Assembly: GCA_051531975.1 (NCBI GenBank) | Contig: JAOPTT010000007.1 | Location: 1 to 24,928 of the forward strand | Length of the DNA: 24,928 nucleotides | DNA from: Spirochaetaceae bacterium | GTDB lineage: Bacteria > Spirochaetota > Spirochaetia > DSM-2461 | Direction: 5' to 3' | Shown: one piece after another, positions 1-9,440 of the stretch | Layout: each line of letters opens with the position of its first letter | Position numbering within the stretch: the stretch's first letter is position 1 | The notes under the pieces: generated by a model | Database searches by the model: none | What the model was told of the DNA's origin: nothing | Seen by the model: only the letters and a program-made list of their open reading frames with translations | Made by a program: the position numbers and the translations under genes

Positions 1-1197
1 TTTACAGAAGGGAATCCAATGAATGGTGTTGTTGAAGATACAATAGCACGATTTGAAGCGGATAATCCTAATGTGAAAATAAATCATGTTACGGCAATTG
101 ATAAAGATTACAAAACAAAAATGAAAGTAGCTATGGGATCTAAAACAGAAGGTGATGTTATGTTTACATGGGGTGGAACTATGTCTCTTTTACCAATGGT
201 TGAAGCGGGAAGAGTTGTTGATTTATCTCCATACTTAGATTCAGATCCTGAATGGGCAGCTAGATTTTTACCTAGTGCTATGGCTTTTGCAGAATTTCCT
301 GAATACCCTGGTACATGGGGAGTTCCTGTTTTTGCTGGTGCAAGTCTTGTTAGTATGAACTACCGGAAAGATATTTTTGCTAAGTATAATCTAAAAGAGC
401 CTCAGACATGGGATGAGTTTATTAGCGTTATGGATACTTTGTTAGCTAATGGTATTACACCTCTTGCACTTGGAAACAAAGTTATGTGGCCTGGATCTTT
501 CTGGTTCATGATACTTGTAGACCGAATTGCTGGACCATCTGCATGGGAAAAAGCATCAGTACCTGGTAGAGGTGGTTCATTTACTGATGCTGCTTTTATA
601 GAAGCCGGTGAAATGATTCAGGATCTTGTTGCCAAAGGATATTTTGGAGAAGGTTATAATAGTCGAAACTGGGAAGCTGGTGATACTAGAACTCAGTTAT
701 ACACTGGTGCTGCAGCAATGGAGTGGATGGGTAGTTGGACATTAGGTCAGTATGCTGTTGAGCAACCTGAAATGGAATTTGGTTTCTTTAACTTTCCAAG
801 TGTTCCGGGTGGTAAAGGTGATGTAAGTAACTCTATTGGAGCTATGGGTGGTCTTGAATTTGTTGTTACTAAAAACTGTGAGAACGTAGACTTAGCTGTA
901 GAATTTCTTAAGTATGCATCAGATGAAATCACTGTAAAGAATCAGGTTGTTAATGCAAATTCTGTAGCACCATTACATGGAGTAGAAAGCTTCTTAGGTG
1001 AAAATCCAATAATGCAGGATTTCTTTAGTAAAATTGTTGCTCCTGCAGCAAATGTACAATACTGGTTTCAAGAAGATGTACCAGCAGAAATTAGTCAAAC
1101 TTATCTTGATGTTGTAAAAGCAATCTTTGGTGGAGCTGATGTTCGGACTGAACTACAGAGACTTGAAGATAAAAAAATACAATACCACAATAGATAA
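1..1197 (+). CDS. Sugar ABC transporter substrate-binding protein (SBP family 1), 5'-truncated by the window edge
   Basis: The frame is open from base 1 (FTEGNP-MNG...) and there is no signal peptide at ATG 19, so the true start is upstream. Typical CUT1 SBP motifs: FEADNPNVKI, YRKDIFAKYNLKEPQTWDEF, GAAAMEWMGSW. Followed by two permeases. Confidence 0.9.
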   Translation, partial: FTEGNPMNGVVEDTIARFEADNPNVKINHVTAIDKDYKTKMKVAMGSKTEGDVMFTWGGTMSLLPMVEAGRVVDLSPYLDSDPEWAARFLPSAMAFAEFPEYPGTWGVPVFAGASLVSMNYRKDIFAKYNLKEPQTWDEFISVMDTLLANGITPLALGNKVMWPGSFWFMILVDRIAGPSAWEKASVPGRGGSFTDAAFIEAGEMIQDLVAKGYFGEGYNSRNWEAGDTRTQLYTGAAAMEWMGSWTLGQYAVEQPEMEFGFFNFPSVPGGKGDVSNSIGAMGGLEFVVTKNCENVDLAVEFLKYASDEITVKNQVVNANSVAPLHGVESFLGENPIMQDFFSKIVAPAANVQYWFQEDVPAEISQTYLDVVKAIFGGADVRTELQRLEDKKIQYHNR

Positions 1198-1207
1198 ATT
1201 GTTATAG

Positions 1208-1248
1208 GATAGTGTTTTATCTTTGTATAAAGCACTATCTATTTTTTT
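1208..1248 (+). terminator. Stem-loop plus T-run after the SBP gene (partial terminator or mRNA-stabilising hairpin)
   Basis: GATAGTGTTTTAT (1208-1220) pairs with ATAAAGCACTATC (1227-1239) with one G-U pair; followed by TATTTTTTT. Confidence 0.7.
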
Positions 1249-1266
1249 AAATAAGCGGTGGTTTTA

Positions 1267-2157
1267 ATGAATTCAAATTCTTTACATAAAAAAAATACAG
1301 ATTACTTTACAAGTTTTCTCTTTATTGTACCTGCATTAACGATCTTTCTTTTATTCTTTTTATCTCCTGTAGTTGTTTCAGGATATTACTCTTTTTTCCG
1401 TTGGAATGGAATTGGGGAAATGAGTTTTATAGGATTAAAAAACTGGGTAGAATTAATGGGCGATGTGGTGTTCTGGAAATCTCTTTCACACAACTTACAA
1501 TTATTATTTACAGCAGTTGTTGTTCAGTTTTGTCTGGGATTATTTTTAGCTTTGTTTATTACTCTAAAAAAGGGTAAAAGGATTAATTTTCTAAAAACTT
1601 GTTATTTTATTCCTTTCATTTTATCTACGGTGTTCGTAGGTCTTTTGTGGGGATATATCTTAGCCTGGGATGGAATGCTTAATTCAATTCTTGATCAGTT
1701 TCACTTCGGTTGGCTCAAACGAGATTGGCTCGGCGACCCTAAAATATCGTTGCATTCATCAATAATCGCAACATGCTGGAGAAATTATCCATTTTTTATG
1801 ATTCTTTTCCAGGCTGCTATTGTAGGAATTCCACAAACTCATTTTGAGGTAGCTCAAATCGAAGGAGTATCTAAAGTACAAATGTTATTCTTTGTAATTA
1901 TACCGGGAATAAAACATACTTTTATGAATGCCGTATTGCTTATAATTCTCGGTTCACTAAAATACTTCGATATTATTTTTGTTATGACGCTTGGAGGTAC
2001 AAATCACTCGGCAGAACTTATGGCGACATATATGTACAAAAACGCATTTGAAAACTTCAGAATGGGTTATGGTTCTACCATAGCAATGGCGATGTTTATA
2101 TTCATGATAATAATTGCCACTATCTTTCAAATATTTCGAAAAAGGAGGGATATATAA
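1267..2157 (+). CDS. Carbohydrate ABC transporter permease (MalF-like)
   Basis: Multiple TM segments, FIGLKNW motif, degenerate EAA loop (FEVAQIEGVS), GYGSTIA C-terminal motif. ATG 1267 preferred (GGTGG upstream); the ORF track starts at GTG 1258. Confidence 0.92.
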   Translation: MNSNSLHKKNTDYFTSFLFIVPALTIFLLFFLSPVVVSGYYSFFRWNGIGEMSFIGLKNWVELMGDVVFWKSLSHNLQLLFTAVVVQFCLGLFLALFITLKKGKRINFLKTCYFIPFILSTVFVGLLWGYILAWDGMLNSILDQFHFGWLKRDWLGDPKISLHSSIIATCWRNYPFFMILFQAAIVGIPQTHFEVAQIEGVSKVQMLFFVIIPGIKHTFMNAVLLIILGSLKYFDIIFVMTLGGTNHSAELMATYMYKNAFENFRMGYGSTIAMAMFIFMIIIATIFQIFRKRRDI

Positions 2158-3008
2158 TGATAAAATCTTTAAAAATTGAAAAACCTTCTGATTATTTATT
2201 TAAAATTGTTATCTGGTCGTTAGCTCTATTTTGGCTATTTGTTACTATATATCCACTGTTTGTCATGGTTATTAATTCTCTTAAAACCAGGTCGGAATAT
2301 ATGGTTTCAACTATGTGGGCTATGCCCAAAAAAGCAACACTGAATAACTATCTTGTAGTATTTGAATCGGGATTTATGAGAAGTTATTTAAACAGTATTA
2401 TTGTAACGGTTTGTTCATTAACTATTATGATTTCATTTTCTACTCTTGCTGCTTATGGTTTATCGAAATTGAAATTCCCTGGTAGCAAACAAGTATATGC
2501 AATATTCATTGCAGGTATGATGATTCCCATTCATATAACAATAATTCCTATATTTAAACTGACACAGAGTCTTCATCTCTATGATAGTCTTGCTGGTCTA
2601 ATTGGTCCCTATGTGGCAAGTGCACTACCGATGGCAATCTTTATCCTTAAAGGATTTATAGACGCTGTGCCTAGTGAACTAAATGAGGCTGCAGAGATTG
2701 ATGGTGCTGATAAGTTTGTAACATTCAGATTGATCATCCTACCGGTTTTAACACCAGCAATTGCAACCGTAATGATATATAATGCGGTCTACTATTGGGG
2801 TGAATTTGTTTATGCTCTTGTTTTGACAATGAGCAAAGAAAACAGAACTATTAACCTTGGACTGTGGGCATTTTATGGTGAAAGAGGGGTAGATTTAACC
2901 CTAATATTCTCTGCATTGGCTATATGTTCAGTACCGCTAATAATTGTATATGCAATATTTCAAGAGCGGGTTATCAATGGTATGGTCGCTGGAGCTGTAA
3001 AAGGTTGA
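2157..3008 (+). CDS. Carbohydrate ABC transporter permease (MalG-like)
   Basis: EAA motif ELNEAAEIDGA, C-terminal GMVAGAVKG, AGGAGG RBS, and start overlapping the upstream stop (TAATG). Confidence 0.93.
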   Translation: MIKSLKIEKPSDYLFKIVIWSLALFWLFVTIYPLFVMVINSLKTRSEYMVSTMWAMPKKATLNNYLVVFESGFMRSYLNSIIVTVCSLTIMISFSTLAAYGLSKLKFPGSKQVYAIFIAGMMIPIHITIIPIFKLTQSLHLYDSLAGLIGPYVASALPMAIFILKGFIDAVPSELNEAAEIDGADKFVTFRLIILPVLTPAIATVMIYNAVYYWGEFVYALVLTMSKENRTINLGLWAFYGERGVDLTLIFSALAICSVPLIIVYAIFQERVINGMVAGAVKG

Positions 3009-3013
3009 TCTAA

Positions 3014-3053
3014 TATAAACAGTCAGGATAAAACTTTAAACTGACTGTTTATA
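3014..3053 (+). terminator. Perfect 13-bp inverted repeat between the ABC permease and the MCP
   Basis: TATAAACAGTCAG (3014-3026) and CTGACTGTTTATA (3041-3053) with a 14-nt loop. There is no long T-tail, so it may be leaky. Confidence 0.55.
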
Positions 3054-3066
3054 CACTAGGAGTCAT

Positions 3067-4944
3067 ATGAAAATACGTTCAAAGTTTTTAACTCTCATAA
3101 TAGGTATAATGATATCCGTTATTGCATCTATCTCAATTCTGGTAATAAACAATCTCCACATTCGTGACATTGATAAAGAAAGATTACTTATGAATGATCT
3201 TCTCTTCGCTTATCATGAACTTTCAATTTATAATGAGCAGCTTTACACAAAAGATATAAAAAGAACTATCAATCGTTTTTCAGAATCGGTGGAACGGGCG
3301 GATCATCTGATTGACAAAATCAATACACTCAAATATCTCAATCAACTAAATCCATTAATTAGTGAATCTCTAGAGAGTATTTACATCTTGAAAGAAAACC
3401 AGCAAAGTCTCTTAAAACAAGTTCTTGATGGGGCTGATCTTCTTATTCGTGATTTTCAAGATATAGGCGGGGCCAATATTAGTTTCATCATGTCCGATCT
3501 ACCGATCAACCCTTTCATTGTAGATAGACCTGGTTATGAAAAGATTATAGATCATCTCTCCGAAGAAAGAAGTACTATTGAGTCTCTAGGTATTCATTTG
3601 GAGGGAAGTATCAATGTAATTATCACTCAGAATCAACTAATTTTAGAGGAGATAGAAAAGACTTCACAACGTAGTCTGACTTCATCGGTGTTAATATCAT
3701 CTATACTTATTGTTTTTAGCCTGATTGCAGCTGTATTCATTACTTCATCTATCGGAAAATCTATATTTCAGATTAGGCAGGAAGTCTCAAAACTGACCTC
3801 GGGTAATCTGACATTGGACTTTAATACAGAAGGAAATGATGAAATTACCGACCTCAAAAAGGATTTAAGTAGATTTCTTGTTAAATTGAATCAGTCAATT
3901 ACAGAAATAAAAAAAATATCTGTAATCAATTCCTCAATAAAAGAGAGTTTACTGGAATCAACAGAGGAATCATCTGCAGCTACGGGGCAGATAAAATCAA
4001 ATATTGATTCCATTAACAATCAGCTTCAGCTGTTAGATGATAGTATAAAGCAATCATTATCCTCAATTGAAACAATTGATAATATCATTACTGAAGAAAG
4101 TTCTCAGATCTCGAAGCAAATTACAATGGTAGAACAAGCATCAACATCTATTACCCAGATGATCAGCTCTATAAATTGTGTAGTAAAAACGACTGAAATC
4201 AATCAGGAAGCAACGGGCTTATTAGTGTCTATTGCCCAATCGGGAGGTCAGCAGATAAATAGTACATCGGTTGTTATAAATGAAGTAAAAGAGTACATTA
4301 GTGATATTAATAATATGGCTGATTTTATTCAATCCATTTCTCAGCAGACAAATTTACTCGCCATGAATGCCGCAATTGAAGCAGCTCATGCTGGAGACGC
4401 TGGAAAAGGATTCGCTGTTGTTGCCGACGAAATAAGGAAGTTAGCAGAAGCTTCTTCTAGGAGTTCAAAAGATATAAGAAGTACAATTAAGTCTATAATT
4501 CTTAAAATTACTGAAGCTGGTGATTCTTCCGACTCAACTATTGTTGCCTTTAAAAGTATTAATGAACAAATACAGAATGTAGAGGAAACACATTCTGGGA
4601 TTCACCAGAGTATGAAAGAACTGAAAGTTGGAAGCTCAAGCATTCTTGAAGCTATGTTTCATCTTAAGAAGTTTTCAAAGGATGTACAGGAAGGTTCCGA
4701 GAATATGAATGGTGCATCCGCTGTAGTAAGTTCCACAATAACTCAGGTTCAAAGGGTCTCTATCGAAACTATGTCAGGTATGAATGAAATGGTTATGGGA
4801 ATAAATGAAATCCTAGAATCCATGAACCATCTAACAGATATTTCAATGGAAATTCACGGTATCAGCGAAGAACTAAATAATTCGGTCTCATTTTTCAGGA
4901 CAAAGAGTATCACTGATAATGATCATGATACTTCTCGAGTTTAA
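3067..4944 (+). CDS. Methyl-accepting chemotaxis protein
   Basis: Two TM helices flank a periplasmic domain, followed by HAMP (GNLTLDFNTEGNDEITDL) and the signalling hairpin QTNLLAMNAAIEAAHAGDAGKGFAVVADEIRKLAE. AGGAG RBS. Confidence 0.95.
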   Translation: MKIRSKFLTLIIGIMISVIASISILVINNLHIRDIDKERLLMNDLLFAYHELSIYNEQLYTKDIKRTINRFSESVERADHLIDKINTLKYLNQLNPLISESLESIYILKENQQSLLKQVLDGADLLIRDFQDIGGANISFIMSDLPINPFIVDRPGYEKIIDHLSEERSTIESLGIHLEGSINVIITQNQLILEEIEKTSQRSLTSSVLISSILIVFSLIAAVFITSSIGKSIFQIRQEVSKLTSGNLTLDFNTEGNDEITDLKKDLSRFLVKLNQSITEIKKISVINSSIKESLLESTEESSAATGQIKSNIDSINNQLQLLDDSIKQSLSSIETIDNIITEESSQISKQITMVEQASTSITQMISSINCVVKTTEINQEATGLLVSIAQSGGQQINSTSVVINEVKEYISDINNMADFIQSISQQTNLLAMNAAIEAAHAGDAGKGFAVVADEIRKLAEASSRSSKDIRSTIKSIILKITEAGDSSDSTIVAFKSINEQIQNVEETHSGIHQSMKELKVGSSSILEAMFHLKKFSKDVQEGSENMNGASAVVSSTITQVQRVSIETMSGMNEMVMGINEILESMNHLTDISMEIHGISEELNNSVSFFRTKSITDNDHDTSRV

Positions 4945-4952
4945 CAATCTCA

Positions 4953-4990
4953 CAATAATTTAATTAGCTTAACAGTTAATTAAATTATTG
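4953..4990. terminator. Inverted repeat between the convergent MCP and gntR genes (likely bidirectional terminator)
   Basis: CAATAATTTAATTAGCT (4953-4969) and AGTTAATTAAATTATTG (4974-4990): 17 bp with one mismatch and a 4-nt loop. Very AT-rich, so weak. Confidence 0.55.
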
Positions 4991-5593
4991 GATATTTTTT
5001 TCCAATAGAGTTAATACCACTTCTTTGTCACACTTTTTTATTGCGTTTAAAATAGTTCTGTGTTCAGTATAACAATCCATTAAATTATCAAGTCGTGTAT
5101 ATCTAAGCATCATACGGTTTACTATAGTGGTCCATAATTCTAAGAGGTGTTTATCTTCATGTTTCTGTACAATTAATTTGTGAAACTGCAGGTCATAATC
5201 TATAATAGAATAAATATCATCACTCTCACAGGCTGAACGAAGATTCTCTACTGTGTGTTCCATATCAATAAAATCTTCATCTGTATATAATTCGAGGTTT
5301 TCGACAATGACAAAAAGTTCGATTTGTTTTCTAAATGCAATAATCATTGATAAAACATTTTCTCCAGGATGAGATGCAACTTTTACTCCCACATTTGGTT
5401 TTGATATCAAAAATCCACCTTTGGATAAAGATTTTAAGGCGTCTCTAACAGGACCTCTACTGACTTTGTATTTCTTTGACAACTCTATTTCCTTTAAAGC
5501 TTCACCTTCAGACAGAGCTCCGGTTATAATTTCCCTTCGAATTTGATTGGCTATTTGTTCAGATATTGTTAGAAATACTTTATTATTGTTCAC
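4985..5593 (-). CDS. GntR family transcriptional regulator (FadR/FCD-type C-terminal domain)
   Basis: N-terminal wHTH (ISEQIANQIRREIITG...EIELSKKYKVSRGPVRDAL). FCD motifs DLQFHKLI and EHRTILNAI. GTG start with AAGGA upstream. Confidence 0.93.
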   Translation of the reverse strand: MNNNKVFLTISEQIANQIRREIITGALSEGEALKEIELSKKYKVSRGPVRDALKSLSKGGFLISKPNVGVKVASHPGENVLSMIIAFRKQIELFVIVENLELYTDEDFIDMEHTVENLRSACESDDIYSIIDYDLQFHKLIVQKHEDKHLLELWTTIVNRMMLRYTRLDNLMDCYTEHRTILNAIKKCDKEVVLTLLEKNIQ

Positions 5594-5630
5594 GAACTAC
5601 CATCCTTATTTAATACATTATTATTTAAGC

Positions 5631-5668
5631 ATGTTAACAATATATAGTATTTTGTCGATTGTTAACAT
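5631..5668. promoter_or_regulatory. Putative GntR operator sites upstream of gntR (autoregulation)
   Basis: ATGTTAACAAT (5631-5641) and its inverse ATTGTTAACAT (5658-5668). The minus strand of 5652-5668 reads ATGTTAACAATCGACAA, matching the sites at 5790 and 10618. Confidence 0.65.
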
Positions 5669-5788
5669 AGGTGGAATACATTTATTTATATAAATCAGGT
5701 AAAATAGAGGTTAAATGGATCAAAAAATTGGAATTATTCGCATTTATGCATTATCAAAGTAAAAAAATCTACAGATTGCATGTAATAT

Positions 5789-5820
5789 ATTGTTGACAAT
5801 CTACAAAAAGAGTGTAGAAT
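5789..5820 (+). promoter_or_regulatory. Sigma70-type promoter of the catabolic operon, overlapped by an operator
   Basis: TTGACA (5793-5798), 16-bp spacer, TAGAAT (5815-5820). The operator-like TTGTTGACAATCTACAA (5790-5806) covers the -35 box. Confidence 0.75.
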
Positions 5821-5872
5821 ATATTTAATAGTCAGAGAAAATAGACTATAATAATGAAAAGGAAGGAATAAT

Positions 5873-7486
5873 ATGAAGAAAGCTTTTTTAATGGTTTCTA
5901 TGATTTTTTTTGGTATCGCTTTATTTGCAGCGGGAAATCAAGAAGAGGAGAAAACAACTGGTGAATTATCTGCAAAGGGGGTATTTCCTGTTATATCAGA
6001 ACCAATTACAGTTGATATGTTAATAGTCAAAAACCCACTAGTAAAAGATTATAATACAAATGCATTTGTAAACTGGTTTTCAGAAACTACTAATGTGAAT
6101 TTTACCTTTGATGAAATGACCCACGAAGATGAAGAACAAAAAGTTAACCTTTTACTTGCTGCTCAACAATATCCTGAAGTTATGCTGACATGGGGATTAA
6201 ATGCTGCACAACTAGCAGAATATGGTGGAAACGGTTCTTTGTTACGATTAAACGAACTAATTGAAGAACATGCACCAAATCTTACAAAACTTTTTAATGA
6301 TCATCCATGGCTAAAAGCCGGAGTGACTCTTCCTGATGGTGGAATCTATACATTGCCATGGGCTGAAGAAAATTATCAGACAACAATGCACTGGAGAATG
6401 TACGTTTATTCTCCTTGGATTGAGAAATGGGGTGGTGAACCTCAGACTACTGAAGAATTCTACCAATTCCTTAAATGGGTTAAAGAAGAAGATCCTAATG
6501 GTAACGGAGTAGCTGATGAGGTTCCTCTTAACTCTGCAAGAGGTTGGGGTAGTTCTGATGTTGTAACATTTCTTATGAATTCATTTGTCTATACAGATTA
6601 TGAAACATATCTTGATCCAAATAATGGTAAACTTGATTTTGCTCCAATATCCGAGGAGTGGAAAGAAGGTCTAAAATATATTGCAAAACTATATTCTGAA
6701 GGTTTAATTACTCCTGACGCCTTTACTGCACCTTATGGTGAGCAGCAGGCAATGGGTGAAAGCGATCCCGCTATTCTAGCAGCCGGAACTGCTGGTTGGA
6801 TGAATGAGATAGCTGTAAATTATGGCGATAGTGGTAGATATATGGAATACAATACTATGCCTCCTTTAGCAGGACCTGACGGTGCTAGGTATGCAGTAGT
6901 TGAAACTCCTTTTGTAAGAAATATGCTTGCTATAACTGATAGAAGTAATAATCCTATAGCAATTATTAAAGCTTTTGATATGTGTTATGATCCTGACGTA
7001 GTAAAGAAACTCTATTATGGAGTTGAAGGTGACCACTGGAGAAAAGCAGATGCTGGGGAATTAGGACTAAACGGAAAACAGGGTGACTTTATGGTTATTA
7101 AACCAAAAGGTGCTGAAGTTCAAAATGATATGGTTTACAACTTATGGCCATCTTTTAGAAGTGCTGATTTTTTTAACGGCATAGTTACAGATAATCACGA
7201 TACTAATCATGAAGCAAGACTTTTAAGATCAGCTCAGTCTTATGCTCCATATGCAACAAAAGAAGCATTAGGTCCCCTGTTTTTTACAGTTGAAGAGATT
7301 GAGACTATGCAGGATGAAACTGAAAATCTTCTTGAATCTGTTAGAAACTGGTCTGCCAGATTTGTTACAGGAACAGATGATATCGACGCTAGTTGGGATG
7401 AATATGTGGCTGAACTAGAAGGTTTAGGGTATAAAACATATCTTAAACTCAACCAGGAATCATATAATAGAGCTAGAGGGAAATAA
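5873..7486 (+). CDS. Oligosaccharide ABC transporter substrate-binding protein (LplA-like), probably for agar-derived oligosaccharides
   Basis: Signal peptide MKKAFLMVSMIFFGIALFA-AGNQE without Cys. Motifs EPQTTEEFYQFL, DPNGNGVADEVP, YGVEGDHW and WDEYVAELEGLG are typical of the LplA class. Substrate inferred from neighbouring genes. Confidence 0.88.
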   Translation: MKKAFLMVSMIFFGIALFAAGNQEEEKTTGELSAKGVFPVISEPITVDMLIVKNPLVKDYNTNAFVNWFSETTNVNFTFDEMTHEDEEQKVNLLLAAQQYPEVMLTWGLNAAQLAEYGGNGSLLRLNELIEEHAPNLTKLFNDHPWLKAGVTLPDGGIYTLPWAEENYQTTMHWRMYVYSPWIEKWGGEPQTTEEFYQFLKWVKEEDPNGNGVADEVPLNSARGWGSSDVVTFLMNSFVYTDYETYLDPNNGKLDFAPISEEWKEGLKYIAKLYSEGLITPDAFTAPYGEQQAMGESDPAILAAGTAGWMNEIAVNYGDSGRYMEYNTMPPLAGPDGARYAVVETPFVRNMLAITDRSNNPIAIIKAFDMCYDPDVVKKLYYGVEGDHWRKADAGELGLNGKQGDFMVIKPKGAEVQNDMVYNLWPSFRSADFFNGIVTDNHDTNHEARLLRSAQSYAPYATKEALGPLFFTVEEIETMQDETENLLESVRNWSARFVTGTDDIDASWDEYVAELEGLGYKTYLKLNQESYNRARGK

Positions 7487-7498
7487 TCTCTCTTTCTA

Positions 7499-7550
7499 AT
7501 AATAGAATGGTGGTGAGAACAGTATCATCATTCTATTATATTATTTTTTT
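7499..7550 (+). terminator. Stem-loop plus T-run after the second SBP gene
   Basis: ATAATAGAATGGTGGTG (7499-7515) pairs with TATCATCATTCTATTAT (7523-7539). The three non-Watson-Crick positions are all G-U on the + strand. Followed by ATTATTTTTTT. Confidence 0.7.
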
Positions 7551-7594
7551 GAAAATATATTTTGCTTAATGGCGAGGGATGGTTTTTTTTAGAA

Positions 7595-8521
7595 ATGAAA
7601 AACTTGAGAAAAATTAACAAATTAGGTATGTTAAAACAGAATTGGCAATTGTATGTCTTAGTTTTATTACCACTTATATTTATCATAATATTCAACTATG
7701 TTCCAATTTATGGAGCACAGATAGCATTCAGGCGATTCAGTGCCAGAGCTGGTATTTTGGATAGCAATTGGGTGGGTTTAAAGTATTTTATAAAATTCTT
7801 TCAAAGCCCAATGTTTAAGATAACTATGCTCAATACAATTAAGCTTAGTATAATCGAGATGGCTTTGACCTTTCCATTACCAATAATATTGTCCATATTT
7901 CTTCATTATATGATGAAGTTAAAATATAAAAGTGTTGTTCAAATGATAACATATGCACCATATTTTATCTCAGAAGTTGTTGTTGTTAGTATTTTATTTG
8001 AGTTATTATCGACCCGAACAGGAGCCATTAATAATTTGATTAGGATGTTTGGGGCAGAACCTATAAACTTCCTCGGGAATCCTGAGTATTTTAGAATGGT
8101 TTATTCAGTTTCCTCTGTCTGGCAGATTGTTGGATTCAGCTCTATTGTATATCTGTCTGCATTATCAAGTGTCAGTCCAAGTTTACATGACTCTGCAACA
8201 ATCGATGGTGCAAATAAATTACAGCGAATACTTTATATTGATCTACCATCAATTATGCCAATGATAATGATAATGTTGATTCTACGTGTTGGATATTTCA
8301 TGAATGTTTCATTTACAAAGGCGTTACTTCTACAAAACCCTCTGAACATATCATCCTCAGAAATTTTGTGGACCTATACTTATAAAATCGGATTTGCAAA
8401 TGGCTCTCCACAGTTCTCCTATGCTAGTGCCATTGGTTTAGTCGCAAATATAATCAATTTCACTTTACTTCTATTAGTTAATTATGCAAGTAAAAAAACA
8501 AGTAAAGTAAGTCTGTTTTGA
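7595..8521 (+). CDS. ABC transporter permease (LplB-like)
   Basis: WQLYVLVLLP, FNYVPIYGAQIAF, WVGLKYF and EAA loop LHDSATIDGA. Start uncertain (TTG 7562, ATG 7595 or ATG 7628). Confidence 0.92.
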   Translation: MKNLRKINKLGMLKQNWQLYVLVLLPLIFIIIFNYVPIYGAQIAFRRFSARAGILDSNWVGLKYFIKFFQSPMFKITMLNTIKLSIIEMALTFPLPIILSIFLHYMMKLKYKSVVQMITYAPYFISEVVVVSILFELLSTRTGAINNLIRMFGAEPINFLGNPEYFRMVYSVSSVWQIVGFSSIVYLSALSSVSPSLHDSATIDGANKLQRILYIDLPSIMPMIMIMLILRVGYFMNVSFTKALLLQNPLNISSSEILWTYTYKIGFANGSPQFSYASAIGLVANIINFTLLLLVNYASKKTSKVSLF

Positions 8522-9435
8522 GGATGTATAGAACCATGAAAAGTTTTAAAGATAAAAAAAAGTTAGATATCGATAAAGTTTTTGATATCTCAAATTACAT
8601 AATATTAGGTATTGTTCTGGTAGTGACAGCTTATCCACTAATATATATATTGAGCAGCTCCTTTTCAGGTTATGATGCTCTGATGAAAGGAAAAGTTGTT
8701 TTGTGGCCTGTAGATTTTTCTATAGAGGGGTACAGGGCTATCTTCAGTGATAACAGTGTAATAGTAAGTTTTTTTAACAGTGTTTTTATTGTTGTCTTTG
8801 GTACGATGCTTAATGTCTTTTTGACCATAATATGTGCTTATCCTCTTTCTAGGAAGGATTTCTATGGTAGAAATGTTCTTATGTTTATATTCAGCTTCAC
8901 TATGTATTTTAATGGAGGGTTGATACCAACATTTATGCTTGTGAAAAATCTTGGATTATATAATACCAGATTAGCTCTGATTCTACCCGGTGCTATAGCC
9001 GTATATAATATGATAATTGCAAAAACGTATTTCCAGCACAATATTCCCGATGAATTTTGGGAATCCGCAAAAATAGAGGGTTGTGATGATTTTACATTTA
9101 TATGGAAAATTGTTGTGCCTGTATCAAGGCCTATAATAGCTGTAATTACTCTCTATTATGCTGCGTATCACTGGAACTCTTGGTTTCAGGCTATGATCTA
9201 TTTGACAAATGATAGTCTGTATCCACTTCAGTTATACTTGCGAAATATATTAGTGTCATTGACTCAGGCAGCCTCTTCTATGGTTGATGCTGAAAATCAG
9301 GCCCATAGAACTAAAATCGTTGAAGTTATGAGATATTCTCTCATTGTCGTAGCAAGTGTACCAATGCTTATAGCTTATCCTTTTGTTCAGAAACACTTTG
9401 TTAAAGGGATAATGATGGGAGCCATAAAAGGATAA
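8518..9435 (+). CDS. ABC transporter permease (LplC-like)
   Basis: AYPLSRKDF, FTMYFNGGLIPT, EAA loop WESAKIEGC and YPFVQKHFVKGIMMGAIKG. The real start may be ATG 8524 or 8536. Confidence 0.92.
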   Translation: MRMYRTMKSFKDKKKLDIDKVFDISNYIILGIVLVVTAYPLIYILSSSFSGYDALMKGKVVLWPVDFSIEGYRAIFSDNSVIVSFFNSVFIVVFGTMLNVFLTIICAYPLSRKDFYGRNVLMFIFSFTMYFNGGLIPTFMLVKNLGLYNTRLALILPGAIAVYNMIIAKTYFQHNIPDEFWESAKIEGCDDFTFIWKIVVPVSRPIIAVITLYYAAYHWNSWFQAMIYLTNDSLYPLQLYLRNILVSLTQAASSMVDAENQAHRTKIVEVMRYSLIVVASVPMLIAYPFVQKHFVKGIMMGAIKG

Positions 9436-9440
9436 TTATT

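Noticed and set aside
4939..4955. GTTTAACAATCTCACAA resembles the operator motif
   Set aside because: It has mismatches and altered spacing, and lies at the 3' ends of convergent genes where no promoter is expected.
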